From contig OZ219866.1 in assembly GCA_964291675.2 (NCBI GenBank), positions 1,696,001-1,760,000 on the forward strand: a DNA stretch of 64,000 nt, written 5' to 3'. The translations under genes and the position numbers were made by a program. Each line of letters starts with the position of its first letter. Position 1 is the first letter of the stretch. Under the pieces are notes generated by a model. The model searched no databases. It was not told the DNA's origin and saw only the letters and a list, made by a program, of their open reading frames with translations. The DNA is from Alphaproteobacteria bacterium. Its GTDB lineage: Bacteria > Pseudomonadota > Alphaproteobacteria > MPNO01. Shown in pieces: positions 30,539 through 40,123 of the stretch.

Positions 30539-32050
30539 ATGGTTGCGGGAATCCACACCGTCGCGTTCCACGGTATCGAGGTCCTCGACATCGAAGTGCA
30601 GGTCCAGGTGGTGGGTGGGCTGCCCAACTTCGTCGTCGTGGGGCTGCCCGACAAGGCGGTGGCCGAGTCGCGCGAGCGCGTGCGCGGGGCGCTGACCTCG
30701 ATCGGGCTGTCGCTGCCGCCCCGGCGCATCATCGTCAACCTCTCCCCGGCCGATGTCGTCAAGGAGGGGAGCCATTTCGACCTGCCCATCGCGCTCGGCC
30801 TGCTGCTGATCATGGACGTGCTGCCGTCGGATGCGGTCGACGGCCATGTGGCGCTCGGCGAGCTCGCCCTCGACGGCTCGATCCGGCCGGTGGCGGGCGT
30901 GCTGCTGGCGGCGATGGCCGCGGCGGGATCGGACCGGGGGCTGATCTGCCCGGCGGCGTCCGGCGGCGAGGCCGCGTTCGCCGGCGGCGGCGACGTGCTC
31001 GCCCCGCAGGGGCTGATCCACCTGATCAACCATTTCAGGGGCGTCCAGCTTCTGACCCCGCCCGAGCCCCGGCTTGCCGAGGATGCCGGCCCGGTCCTCG
31101 ACCTGCGCGACATCAGGGGCCAGGAGATCGCCAAGCGGGCGCTCGAGATCGCCGCCGCCGGCGGGCACAACATGCTGATGGTCGGCCCGCCCGGTGCCGG
31201 CAAGTCCATGCTCGCGTCCCGGCTTCCCGGAATCCTGCCGCCGCTCGACCCCGCCGAGACCCTGGAGATCTCGATGATCCACTCGGCCGCCGGGACTCTC
31301 GCCGACGGCACGCTGTCGCGCAGCCGCCCGTTCCGCGACCCGCACCACACGGCGTCGACCGCCGCGATCGTCGGCGGCGGACAGCGGGTGCGCCCGGGCG
31401 AGGTGTCGCTTGCCCATAACGGCGTGCTGTTCCTCGACGAACTGCCGGAGTTCAACCGCGCGGCGCTGGAGGCGCTGCGCCAGCCGATCGAGACCGGCGA
31501 GGCGGTGATCGCGCGCGCCAACATCCATGTCAGCTATCCGGCGCGCTTCCAGCTCGTGGCCGCGATGAACCCCTGCCGCTGCGGCTGGCTCGACGACCCC
31601 GGCCAAGCCTGCAGCCGCGCGCCGCGCTGCGCCGTCGATTACCAGGCGCGGATCTCGGGACCTCTGTTCGACCGCATCGACCTGCACATCGACGTGCCGG
31701 CGGTCGACCTCGCCGATCTCGCCCTGCCGCCCCCGGCCGAAGGCTCCGCCGAGGTCGCGGCCCGGGTCGGCGCGGCGCGCGTGCTGCAGTCGGCCCGCTA
31801 CGAGGGCGCGGGCATCCGCACCAACGCCGAGGCCCAGGGCGAGGCGCTCGATGCCGCCGCCGCGCCGGGCGCGGAGGGCAGGGAGCTGCTGGTCCGGGCC
31901 GCCGAGGCGCTCAAGCTGACGGCGCGCGGATACCACCGGGTGCTGCGCGTCGCGCGCACCATCGCCGATCTCGACGGCGCCGCCGATGTCACCCGTCCGC
32001 ACATCGCCGAGGCGATGAGCTACCGGCGCATCGCCCACGCTTCCGCGTGA
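30539..32050 (+). CDS. YifB/ComM family Mg-chelatase-like AAA+ ATPase
   Basis: VGLPDKAVAESRERV, GPPGAGKS, GEVSLAHNGVLFLDE, AMNPCRCG. Confidence 0.93.
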   Translation: MVAGIHTVAFHGIEVLDIEVQVQVVGGLPNFVVVGLPDKAVAESRERVRGALTSIGLSLPPRRIIVNLSPADVVKEGSHFDLPIALGLLLIMDVLPSDAVDGHVALGELALDGSIRPVAGVLLAAMAAAGSDRGLICPAASGGEAAFAGGGDVLAPQGLIHLINHFRGVQLLTPPEPRLAEDAGPVLDLRDIRGQEIAKRALEIAAAGGHNMLMVGPPGAGKSMLASRLPGILPPLDPAETLEISMIHSAAGTLADGTLSRSRPFRDPHHTASTAAIVGGGQRVRPGEVSLAHNGVLFLDELPEFNRAALEALRQPIETGEAVIARANIHVSYPARFQLVAAMNPCRCGWLDDPGQACSRAPRCAVDYQARISGPLFDRIDLHIDVPAVDLADLALPPPAEGSAEVAARVGAARVLQSARYEGAGIRTNAEAQGEALDAAAAPGAEGRELLVRAAEALKLTARGYHRVLRVARTIADLDGAADVTRPHIAEAMSYRRIAHASA

Positions 32051-32124
32051 TCCCCGCCCCCCGCTTGGCTTTGCGGCGGTTTCGGCGCAATGTTACGCCA
32101 AAGGGAACGCAGAAGGAGGGTGAG

Positions 32125-32661
32125 ATGGCGACACGTGTGGTCTCTATGGAGGAGATGCTCGGGCGGACGGCGAAGTTCGACAAGCTCCGGCCCAGCAAGA
32201 TGGCCTTCCTCGACACCAAGATCCCGGGCCACGAGCGCGACATCTACAACGTCATCGGCGGAGGCGTCACCGAAGATCCCTCGCTGACGCCGGCGATCAC
32301 CGCGGTGCAGGATTTCAACGTCACCTATGTCGGGGCCGAGCCCGGCAAGGGCGCGGCGCTGCACTCGCACACCACGGTCGAGGTGTTCATCTCGATGTCG
32401 GGGCGCTGGTCGGTGTTCTGGGGCGATGACGGCGAGAACGAGGTGATCCTGGAGCCCTGGGACGTGGTTTCGGTGCCGACGGAAGTCATGCGGGGCTTCC
32501 GCAATGTCGGCGACGAGCACGGCTATCTGATGGCGATCCTCGGCGGCACCGACGCCGGCCGGGTGGCCTGGGCGCAGCGGGTGCTCGACGAGGCGGCGGC
32601 AACCGGGCTCAGCCTGGACGCCGACGGTAACGTCCTCGAGGCGGCGGCGGCCGACGCCTAG
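32125..32661 (+). CDS. Cupin domain protein
   Basis: AGGAGG RBS; PGKGAALHSHTTVEVF cupin motif 1; WDVVSVP...RGFRN. Confidence 0.82.
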   Translation: MATRVVSMEEMLGRTAKFDKLRPSKMAFLDTKIPGHERDIYNVIGGGVTEDPSLTPAITAVQDFNVTYVGAEPGKGAALHSHTTVEVFISMSGRWSVFWGDDGENEVILEPWDVVSVPTEVMRGFRNVGDEHGYLMAILGGTDAGRVAWAQRVLDEAAATGLSLDADGNVLEAAAADA

Positions 32662-32704
32662 GGCGGGGCTTCCCCCGGTCCGGCTCCGGCGCCGGAAGGG
32701 CGGC

Positions 32705-33865
32705 TTGCGGCCCGGCCGCGCGGAGATCGTCGGCGGCGGGTTCGGCGGACTCGTCGCCGCGGCGGCGCTCGCCGATCGCGGCTGGTCGGTGCGGCTTCAC
32801 GAACGCCGCGGCGCGATCGACGCCGAAGGCTACGGCATCGCCGTCCAGCCCAACATGATGATGATCTTCAGGTCGCTCGGGATCGCCGAGGCGGTGATCG
32901 GGGGCGGCGCGCGGATCGACCGGCGCGACTCGCTCGACGGGGACGGCAATGTCGTGCTGACCCGCAAGACCGAGCGAAGCCCCTACCGCATCGACCGGCG
33001 CCACATCGTCCGCCTGCTCGCCCGCCGCGCCGCCGAGGCGGGGGCGGAGATCAGGCTCGACTCGCCGGTCACGGAGATCTCCCCCGACGGGGCCGTCACC
33101 GTCGACGGCGGCGTCCGGTTCGAGGCCGCACTCGTCGTGCTGGCCGACGGGGCGGGCTCGGCGCTGCGCGAGCCTCTCGGCCTGCTCAGGCACCGCATCT
33201 GGCAGCGCGACGGCGGGGTCCGGGTCACCATCCCCCGCAGGCAGGAGGAAATCGCCGAGGACGCGGTCTCGGGCACGGTGATGATCGAGGCCTGGGCGGA
33301 CAACCGCCGGGTGCTCTACTGCCCGGTCAATGACAGGGAGTACTATGTCCTGCTCGGCTCCCTGGTCGACGACGAGGCCGGCAAGGCGACGCCGATCGAC
33401 CCCGCAGCCTGGTCGCGGTCGTTTCCGGCGCTCGCCGCCTTTCTCGCCCGCGTCGCCGCCGAGGCGGACTGGCAGGAGGCGCGCTGGGCGCGGTTCCAGA
33501 CGGTCCGGCTCACAAGCTGGTGCAAGGGCCGGGTCGCCGTGCTGGGCGATGCCGCCCATGCCATGCCGCCCTATCTCGCCCAGGGCGCGGGGCACGCGAT
33601 GATGAACGCGCTCGGCCTCGCCGTCGCCCTCGACGAGGAGCCCGACCTCGCATCGGCGCTCCGCGCCTGGGAACGGCGCGAACGCCCGCTCACCGAGCAC
33701 ACCCAGCGCTGGACGCGGATCTACGGCAACACGATCTTCCTGCCGCGCACGCTGAAGCGGCTGTCGATCGCCGCCGAGCGGCGCATCCCCTGGATCGGCC
33801 GGCAATATCTGCGCGCCGCGCATGTCGTGCCGACCGGCTGCGCTCACGTGGCGGCGCCCGGGTAG
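32705..33865 (+). CDS. FAD-dependent monooxygenase similar to MHPCO (2-methyl-3-hydroxypyridine-5-carboxylate oxygenase)
   Basis: RAEIVGGGFGGL, GWSVRLHE, ADG, RRVLYCPVND, PIDPAAWSRSFP and GDAAHAMPPYLAQGAG resemble the MHPCO family as recalled. Confidence 0.75.
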   Translation: MRPGRAEIVGGGFGGLVAAAALADRGWSVRLHERRGAIDAEGYGIAVQPNMMMIFRSLGIAEAVIGGGARIDRRDSLDGDGNVVLTRKTERSPYRIDRRHIVRLLARRAAEAGAEIRLDSPVTEISPDGAVTVDGGVRFEAALVVLADGAGSALREPLGLLRHRIWQRDGGVRVTIPRRQEEIAEDAVSGTVMIEAWADNRRVLYCPVNDREYYVLLGSLVDDEAGKATPIDPAAWSRSFPALAAFLARVAAEADWQEARWARFQTVRLTSWCKGRVAVLGDAAHAMPPYLAQGAGHAMMNALGLAVALDEEPDLASALRAWERRERPLTEHTQRWTRIYGNTIFLPRTLKRLSIAAERRIPWIGRQYLRAAHVVPTGCAHVAAPG

Positions 33866-35523
33866 ACCTGCTTCCCCGCGAGGAAGGTGCGCACCGCCCG
33901 GGTCTCCCGGATCCCGTCCTCGGGACAGGTCAGCGGATCGCGGTCGAGCACGACGAAATCGGCATCCATGCCCGGTGCGATCGTGCCCCGCCGGTCCTCG
34001 TCCCAGGTCAGCCGATGGCCGGTCCTGGCGATCAGCTCCAGCGCCTCCTCGCGGGCCAGCATGCTCTCGCCGAGGCGCGCATCGAGGTCGGCGGCATAGC
34101 GGGTGAGCGCCGACCACATCGCCCAGAACATCGAGACCGGCACGTTGTCGGACGATAGCGCGACCGGGATGCCGGCATCGAGGACGCGCCGGATCGGCGT
34201 CCCCTCGGCGCCGAGCTCGGCGAGGCCGAGGCGGGTCGTCGCGTGATACATGAAATTGGGGGTGATCGTGACGATCGCGCCGAGCGCCCCGATCCGGCGG
34301 AGCTGGTCGTCGCTCGCCCGCGTCAGGTGCATGATCACCCAGCGCTTCTCGGCGATCGGGATTTTGGCGTTTACCGCCTCGTAGGCGCGCAGCAGCGCCT
34401 CGATGTCGTAGGCGATGCAGGCGAGCCGGATGCCGAGCTCGGCGGCCAGCGTGGCAATCTCCACCAGCCGGTCGAAGGCGACCGACTGGTAGAAATGCCC
34501 GGCCCATTGCTCGTAGGGGTAGAAGGCGGCGATGATGCGGGCCACCGCAGGGTCGCCGAAATCGAGACAGATGCCGTCGGTCGCGAGATTGCCGCGGCGC
34601 TCCCCCGGCGTTGCGATGCGCCCCGCCCATTCTCGCAAATAGTCGCCCACCGCGCGGTCGTCCAGCGCCGCGCTCGGCACGCTGAGGGTGGTCGCCAGCC
34701 GGACCGTGAGATCGCCCGCCTCGTCCGCCCGGCGGTAGCTCTCGACGATGGCCGGCGTCAGCCCGTGCCCCTCATAGCCCGCCGTGGTGCCGGCGGCGTT
34801 GTAGAGGCGGGGGGCGGTCCGCGCCGCGGCGAGGCGGTCCTCCCAGGTGAAGCGCGGCAGGGCGCCGAACAGCGTGTATTCCAGGATCGGCGCGCGGTTG
34901 GTCTCGCGCATCACCCCGGTGGGCTCGCCCGCCGCGTCGCGCTCGATCTCGGTTCCGTGGGGCGCCCTGGTGTCCCGGTCGATGCCGGCCAGGGCGAGCG
35001 CGGCCGAGTTGGCGACCGAGGGAAAGGGCGGCACGCCCCACCAGCCCCAGATGCCGCGGATCAGCACCGGGTGATCGGGCGCGGCGGCGTCGAGGTCGCG
35101 CCGGTCGGGGAAGCGGCCTTCGGCGAGCTGGTCCGGCCGGCTGACATAGCGCGGCATGCCGTGCTCCGGCGCGAGCTCCATCGGCATCGTCACGATCCAC
35201 TCGCCCACCGGCGTGCGCGCCGCCGCCTCGCGTACGGCCTCGACGATTTCCGCGACCGAGGCGAGCCCCCCGATGGCGATCCCGCCGCGGCGCTTGAGCC
35301 CCTCGCGGTCCATATGCGGGTGGGCATCGAACAGCCCGGGCATCGCCGTCCGGCCGGCGGCGTCGAGGATGCGGGTCTCCCGCCCGCGCCCGCGCAGCAG
35401 CCCGGCAGACTCGCCGACCGCGGCGATCCGGCCGCCGCGGACCGACAGCGCCTCGGCTTCGGCTCGCGCCGGATCGAGGGTGAGCACACGCGCGTTGTGC
35501 AGGATGAGGTCCGGTTCGGCCAT
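33844..35523 (-). CDS. Amidohydrolase family 3 (YtcJ-like) protein
   Basis: MAEPDLILHNARVLT, PGLFDAHPH, NSAALALAGI, GEPTG, GTIAPGMDADFVVLD. Confidence 0.85.
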   Translation of the reverse strand: MAEPDLILHNARVLTLDPARAEAEALSVRGGRIAAVGESAGLLRGRGRETRILDAAGRTAMPGLFDAHPHMDREGLKRRGGIAIGGLASVAEIVEAVREAAARTPVGEWIVTMPMELAPEHGMPRYVSRPDQLAEGRFPDRRDLDAAAPDHPVLIRGIWGWWGVPPFPSVANSAALALAGIDRDTRAPHGTEIERDAAGEPTGVMRETNRAPILEYTLFGALPRFTWEDRLAAARTAPRLYNAAGTTAGYEGHGLTPAIVESYRRADEAGDLTVRLATTLSVPSAALDDRAVGDYLREWAGRIATPGERRGNLATDGICLDFGDPAVARIIAAFYPYEQWAGHFYQSVAFDRLVEIATLAAELGIRLACIAYDIEALLRAYEAVNAKIPIAEKRWVIMHLTRASDDQLRRIGALGAIVTITPNFMYHATTRLGLAELGAEGTPIRRVLDAGIPVALSSDNVPVSMFWAMWSALTRYAADLDARLGESMLAREEALELIARTGHRLTWDEDRRGTIAPGMDADFVVLDRDPLTCPEDGIRETRAVRTFLAGKQVYPGAAT

Positions 35524-35619
35524 CGCGGCGACGATGGCAGGATCGCCCGCCGCGTCAACGGGGTTGTGCGCGCCGGCCTCGAAAGGCCAGAATCGACTTG
35601 CCACAGGGAAGGACGGCCC

Positions 35620-36675
35620 ATGTTCCTGCGCAACGCCTGGTACGTCGCGGCGCTCGCGCGCGAACTCGGCGACGGGCTCGCCGCGCGGACCATCTGCAAG
35701 GAGCCGGTGGTGCTGTTCCGCGGCTCGGACGGGACGCCGGCGGCGCTCGCCGACCGCTGCTGCCACCGCTACCTGCCGCTGTCGCTCGGGGTCCATCTCG
35801 GCGACCGCATCCGCTGCGGCTATCACGGGCTCGAATTCGACGCTTCCGGGGCTTGCGTCGCGGTGCCCGGCCAGTCGACGATCCCGCCGGGCGCGGCGGT
35901 GCGCACCTATCCCGTGGTCGAGCGGCACGGCTTCGTCTGGCTCTGGCCGGGCGACCCGGCGCGCGCCGATCCGGCCACGATCCCCGGCTACCGCTGGAAC
36001 GACGACCCCGCCTGGGCGCCGCCGGGCGAGGACGCGATCGGCGGCGCGGCGGAGGTCGGCTGCCACTACATGCTGTCGATCGACAACCTGCTCGACCTGA
36101 CGCACGAGATCTATATCCATCGGTCCACGCTTGCCGCCGATACGATCGCCGAGAGCCCGATGAAGACCACGCGCACCGACTCTTCGGTCTCGATCGAGCG
36201 CTGGATGATCGACGCCGATCCCGGCGTGTTGTGGAGCAAGGCCATCTGGGGCGATGCGCCACCCGCGCCGAAGCGCGCCGACCGCTGGCAGATCGTCCAC
36301 TACTTCCCGCCCTCGCACACGCTGCTCGATGTCGGCGCCGCGCCGGCCGGCACCGGCGCCCCCGAAGGCGACCGTGCCCGGGCCGCCGAGGCGCGGATCG
36401 CGATCACCCTCACCCCGATCGACGAGATGCGCTCGGTCTATTACTGGATGTTCCCCAACAACTTCACCCGCGATCCGGCGATGGCGCGCTGGCTGCGCGA
36501 GGCGATCTCGGGCGCCTATGTCGAGGACTTCGCGGCGTTGGAGGCGCAGCAGAGGTCGATGAACCTGCGCCCCGACCCCTGGAAGGTCGACGTGAACGCC
36601 GACGCCGGTCAGCTCGCGGCGCGCAGGCTGCACGACCGGCTGATCGCCGCCGAGCGCGCGAGCCAGGCGGCCTGA
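35620..36675 (+). CDS. Rieske oxygenase, VanA/O-demethylase-like alpha subunit
   Basis: MFLRNAWYVAA, Rieske CCH...CGYHG, mononuclear iron motif DNLLDLTHEIYIH. Confidence 0.9.
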   Translation: MFLRNAWYVAALARELGDGLAARTICKEPVVLFRGSDGTPAALADRCCHRYLPLSLGVHLGDRIRCGYHGLEFDASGACVAVPGQSTIPPGAAVRTYPVVERHGFVWLWPGDPARADPATIPGYRWNDDPAWAPPGEDAIGGAAEVGCHYMLSIDNLLDLTHEIYIHRSTLAADTIAESPMKTTRTDSSVSIERWMIDADPGVLWSKAIWGDAPPAPKRADRWQIVHYFPPSHTLLDVGAAPAGTGAPEGDRARAAEARIAITLTPIDEMRSVYYWMFPNNFTRDPAMARWLREAISGAYVEDFAALEAQQRSMNLRPDPWKVDVNADAGQLAARRLHDRLIAAERASQAA

Positions 36676-36677
36676 GC

Positions 36678-37151
36678 GTGGGCAAGCTCACCCTCACCGT
36701 CAACGGCGCGCGCCACGAGGTCGAGGCCGACCCCGCGACGCCGCTGGTCTACGTGCTGCGCAACCGGCTCGGACTGATGGGCGCCAAGCTCGGCTGCGCG
36801 CTCGAGCAATGCGGCGCCTGCGCGGTAATCGCCGACGGCAAAAAGGCGCTGAGCTGCGTACGCACGGTCTCCGAATTCTCCGGCAGCGAGATAGTCACGC
36901 TCGAAGGTCTCGCCGGGGACGGCGAACTCACCCCTGTGCAGCGCGCCTTCCTGGAGACCGGCGCCGCGCAGTGCGGCTATTGCACCGGCGGGCTGATCGT
37001 CGCGCTGACGGCGTATCTGGAGACCGCGCCCGAGCCCGACCGGCAGGGCGCGATCGCGGCGCTCGACGGCCATCTCTGCCGCTGCGGCGCGCATGCGGAC
37101 GTGCTGCGGGCGATCGGCCTTCTGCTCGCCGAGGCCGGCGATGGCGCCTAA
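36678..37151 (+). CDS. (2Fe-2S)-binding small subunit of a molybdenum hydroxylase
   Basis: KLGCALEQCGAC, QCGYC, LCRCG. Confidence 0.9.
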   Translation: MGKLTLTVNGARHEVEADPATPLVYVLRNRLGLMGAKLGCALEQCGACAVIADGKKALSCVRTVSEFSGSEIVTLEGLAGDGELTPVQRAFLETGAAQCGYCTGGLIVALTAYLETAPEPDRQGAIAALDGHLCRCGAHADVLRAIGLLLAEAGDGA

Positions 37152-39294
37152 CCCCAGCCTGGAGAACAACCCCTCGCTCGACGACTGGCTCGCCATCGGG
37201 CCGGGGGAGACTGTCGCGGTGCGCAGCGGCAAGGTCGATATCGGCCAGCGCATCTCGACCGCGGTGGCGCTGCTGGTGGCCGACGAGCTCGGCGTCGATC
37301 CCGCCCGGGTGGAGACGGTGCGGACCGAGACCGGGCTCTCGCCGGACGAGGGGATCACCTCGGGCAGCTACTCGATGACCCAGACCGGCGAGGCGGTGCG
37401 CCGGGCGGCGGCGACCGCGCGCCGCCATCTGCTGGAGCGCGCGGCGCGCCTGCTCGACGTCGACCCGGCCACGCTCGAAATCGACGACGGCACCATCCAG
37501 TCGCGCGCCACCAACCGGCAGACCAGCTACTGGGAGCTGGCCGAGGGCGAGAAGTTCGGCATCGACGTCGACCCGGACGCGCCGCTCAGGCCGCGCGCGG
37601 CGCTCGGCCATGTCGGCACCGCCGCGGTGGCGCGGGAGATGGAGGACATCGTCCGCGGCCGCGCCCATTTCCTCCAGGACATGAGCCGTCCCGGGATGCT
37701 GCATGCCCGCGTCGTGCGCCCGCCGCATTACCACGCGCGCTATCTCGGTATCGATCCCGCGATCCTCGATCGGCTCGCCGGGGAAGGCGTGCGGGTGGTG
37801 CGCGACGGCAGCTTCCTCGCGGTCGCCGCGGCGGACGAATTCCAGGCGGCGAAGGCGCCGGAACGCCTCGCCGCCGCGGTCGTCTGGGACGAGGGCGCGG
37901 GGCTCGCCACCGGAAACATCTACGAGAGCCTGAGGAGCAACGAGCGGGTCAGCCTCCCGGTCGTCGACGGCGCGCCGGTGCGCGCCCCGGTGCCGCCGCT
38001 GGGCGATCCGCCGCCCGGCGCCGCGGTCACCCTGGAAGCGCGCTACGAACGGCCCTACCAGATGCACGCCTCGCTCGGCCCCTCGGCGGCGCTGGCGGAG
38101 TTCGCCGAGGGCCGGCTTACCATCGTCTCCCACAGCCAGGGGATCTATTTCCTGCGCGCCGCGCTCGCCGAGGCGTTCGACATGGCGCCCGGGGCGATCC
38201 GCATCGTCCACGCCCCGGGGGCCGGCTGCTACGGCCATAACGGCGCCGACGACGCGGCGCTCGATGCCGCGATCGTCGCCCGCGCGCTGCCCGGCACGCC
38301 GGTGCTGCTCAAATGGACGCGCGAGGAAGAGCACGCCTGGGAGCCCTACGGTACCTGCATGTCGATGGATTTGCGGGCGAGCCTGGATTCGGACGGGAAG
38401 ATCGTCGCCTGGTCGCATGAGAGCTTCGGCGACACCTTCATGATGCGGCCGCGCTCGGGACCGGACAAGATCGGCGCCGCGCGCCTGCTGTCGACCCGTT
38501 TCCTGGACCCGCCGCTGGACCCGCCGGTGATGGGCCCGGCGATGGGGCCGCATATCGGCATCCACCGCAATCTCGACCCGCTCTACGACCTGCCCGGCAA
38601 GCGCCTGGTCAAGCACCTGGTGCGCGGCATGCCGCTCAGGGTCTCGGCGCTCAGGTCGCTGGGGGCCTATGCCAACGTCTTCGCCATCGAATCCTTCCTG
38701 GACGAGCTGGCGGCGGAGGCCGGCATCGACCCGGTGGAGCTCCGCCTCGGCCACCTCTCCGACCCGCGCGCCCGGGCGGTGATCGAGGCGGCGGCCGAAC
38801 GCCTGCACCCTTCCGGCGCGGACTGCCCGGAGGGGCGCGGGCGCGGGATCGCTTTCGCGCGCTACAAGAACATCGCCGCCTACGCCGCCGTCGTCATCGA
38901 GGTCTCGGTGACCGACGCGGCCGAGATCCGGCTGGAGCGCTGCGCCATCGCCGCCGATGCCGGGGAGATCGTCGACCGGGCCGGGCTCGCGGCCCAGCTC
39001 GAGGGCGGGGCGGTCCAGGCGGCGAGCTGGACCCTGCACGAGGCGGTGGCCTTCGACCGCGACGGAATCGCCAGCCGCGACTGGGAGACCTACCCCATAA
39101 TCGGCTTCGACAACGTGCCCGAGTTCGAGACCGTGCTGGTCGATCCGGGGCGCGAGCCCTTCCTCGGCGCCGGCGAGGCCACCGCCGGCCCCACCGCCGC
39201 GGCGATCGCCAACGCGGTCCATGCCGCGACCGGGCTCAGGCTGAGGCGGATCCCCTTCACCCCCGACGCGGTGCGCGCCGCCGCCCTGGCGTAG
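37141..39294 (+). CDS. Molybdopterin-binding large subunit (isoquinoline oxidoreductase / nicotinate dehydrogenase-like)
   Basis: GKVDIGQ, RPYQMHASLGPS, GAGCYGHNGADDAA, LRSLGA, GAGE, AIANAV. Confidence 0.88.
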   Translation: MAPNPSLENNPSLDDWLAIGPGETVAVRSGKVDIGQRISTAVALLVADELGVDPARVETVRTETGLSPDEGITSGSYSMTQTGEAVRRAAATARRHLLERAARLLDVDPATLEIDDGTIQSRATNRQTSYWELAEGEKFGIDVDPDAPLRPRAALGHVGTAAVAREMEDIVRGRAHFLQDMSRPGMLHARVVRPPHYHARYLGIDPAILDRLAGEGVRVVRDGSFLAVAAADEFQAAKAPERLAAAVVWDEGAGLATGNIYESLRSNERVSLPVVDGAPVRAPVPPLGDPPPGAAVTLEARYERPYQMHASLGPSAALAEFAEGRLTIVSHSQGIYFLRAALAEAFDMAPGAIRIVHAPGAGCYGHNGADDAALDAAIVARALPGTPVLLKWTREEEHAWEPYGTCMSMDLRASLDSDGKIVAWSHESFGDTFMMRPRSGPDKIGAARLLSTRFLDPPLDPPVMGPAMGPHIGIHRNLDPLYDLPGKRLVKHLVRGMPLRVSALRSLGAYANVFAIESFLDELAAEAGIDPVELRLGHLSDPRARAVIEAAAERLHPSGADCPEGRGRGIAFARYKNIAAYAAVVIEVSVTDAAEIRLERCAIAADAGEIVDRAGLAAQLEGGAVQAASWTLHEAVAFDRDGIASRDWETYPIIGFDNVPEFETVLVDPGREPFLGAGEATAGPTAAAIANAVHAATGLRLRRIPFTPDAVRAAALA

Positions 39295-39313
39295 CCCGAA
39301 CTTCCTGCCACTG

Positions 39314-39663
39314 TCACGGCCTTCCGATCCGCAAGGGTCTCGCGGGCGTAAGGCGGGCGCTTCCCGTTCCGCGAGTTATCCAGCATGCCCGGCGCTCTCC
39401 CGCGGTCCGCCCCCCGGCGGCCGACAGGGAAGCAAGGGTTTCGCCGGATGCGAACAGGCCGCGCGCCGCGGAGTCGCCGCGCCAGTAGTGGATGCTGCAC
39501 TCGCCCGCCTCGTCGGTCGTCACGGCATAGATGCCGACATTGCGTTCCCGATCCAGCCCGACCCGCGAGACGTCGGTACCCTCATCCTCCGCCGCGCTCA
39601 GGGAGGCCCGGGACAGGGGATCCCGGCCATCGCTTCGCCGATGGATAGCAGGCGCGGCTTCAC
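39314..39663 (-). pseudogene. Fragmented PfkB-family sugar kinase (KdgK-like) remnant
   Basis: GTG-KPRLLSIGEAM (PfkB N-terminus) followed by a stop; in another frame EGTDVSRVGLDRERNVGIYAVTTDEAGECSIHYWRGDSAARGLF; no C-terminal DTTAAGD motif seen. Confidence 0.65.
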
Positions 39664-39777
39664 GGGGTCGGTGCGGCTGGAGACATGCCCGGTCTCAGGC
39701 CCCAGAATTTGGCGTGAATCGGCGGAGGCGTGTATACTTGGGGTTGCGGCGGGCACAGGGAAACCCGCCGCAGGAGC

Positions 39778-39978
39778 ATGACCGTGACCGACTTCGAATG
39801 GGCCGCCCTCGCAGTAGCCGTCGCCTTCCTGGGGTTCCTGTGGACCCTGCACCGGGACATGACCAGCGTGCGGGAACGGCTCACCCGACTCGAGGGCATG
39901 GTTGAGGTCCTGGCAAGGAATGTCGATACCCTGACCCGGTACACGCTCGATCGCGAGCGCCCGGCCGCTGGAGAGTAG
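39778..39978 (+). CDS. Small single-TM, coiled-coil hypothetical protein (66 aa)
   Basis: AGGAG RBS; hydrophobic WAALAVAVAFLGFLW then heptad-like VRERLTRLEGMV; candidate promoter TTGGCG-18-TATACT upstream. Confidence 0.65.
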   Translation: MTVTDFEWAALAVAVAFLGFLWTLHRDMTSVRERLTRLEGMVEVLARNVDTLTRYTLDRERPAAGE

Positions 39979-40123
39979 TCGAGGCCGCCAGACCGAAGGA
40001 ACCGGGGAAGATCGGTCGGGCCGATGCACAAACCGTCATGTGGCGGGTCACGGAGCATCCGGCAGAGCGAGAACCGGGCGCCGACCGGGAAGGAAGTACC
40101 GCAGCGCTGGAAGCTGGAGCGGG

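Noticed and set aside
29450-32038. 862-aa minus-strand ORF (and similar ORFs at 36928-39222 and 20088-21947)
   Set aside because: These overlap well-supported genes on the other strand or frame and show no domain motifs.
33844-36633. Apparent 929-aa amidohydrolase fusion
   Set aside because: The N-terminal part is antisense to the Rieske gene; the real start is at 35523. The same over-extension affects the track calls for recQ, tctA, tctC, soxA, gshB, glxBCD and the dienelactone hydrolase.
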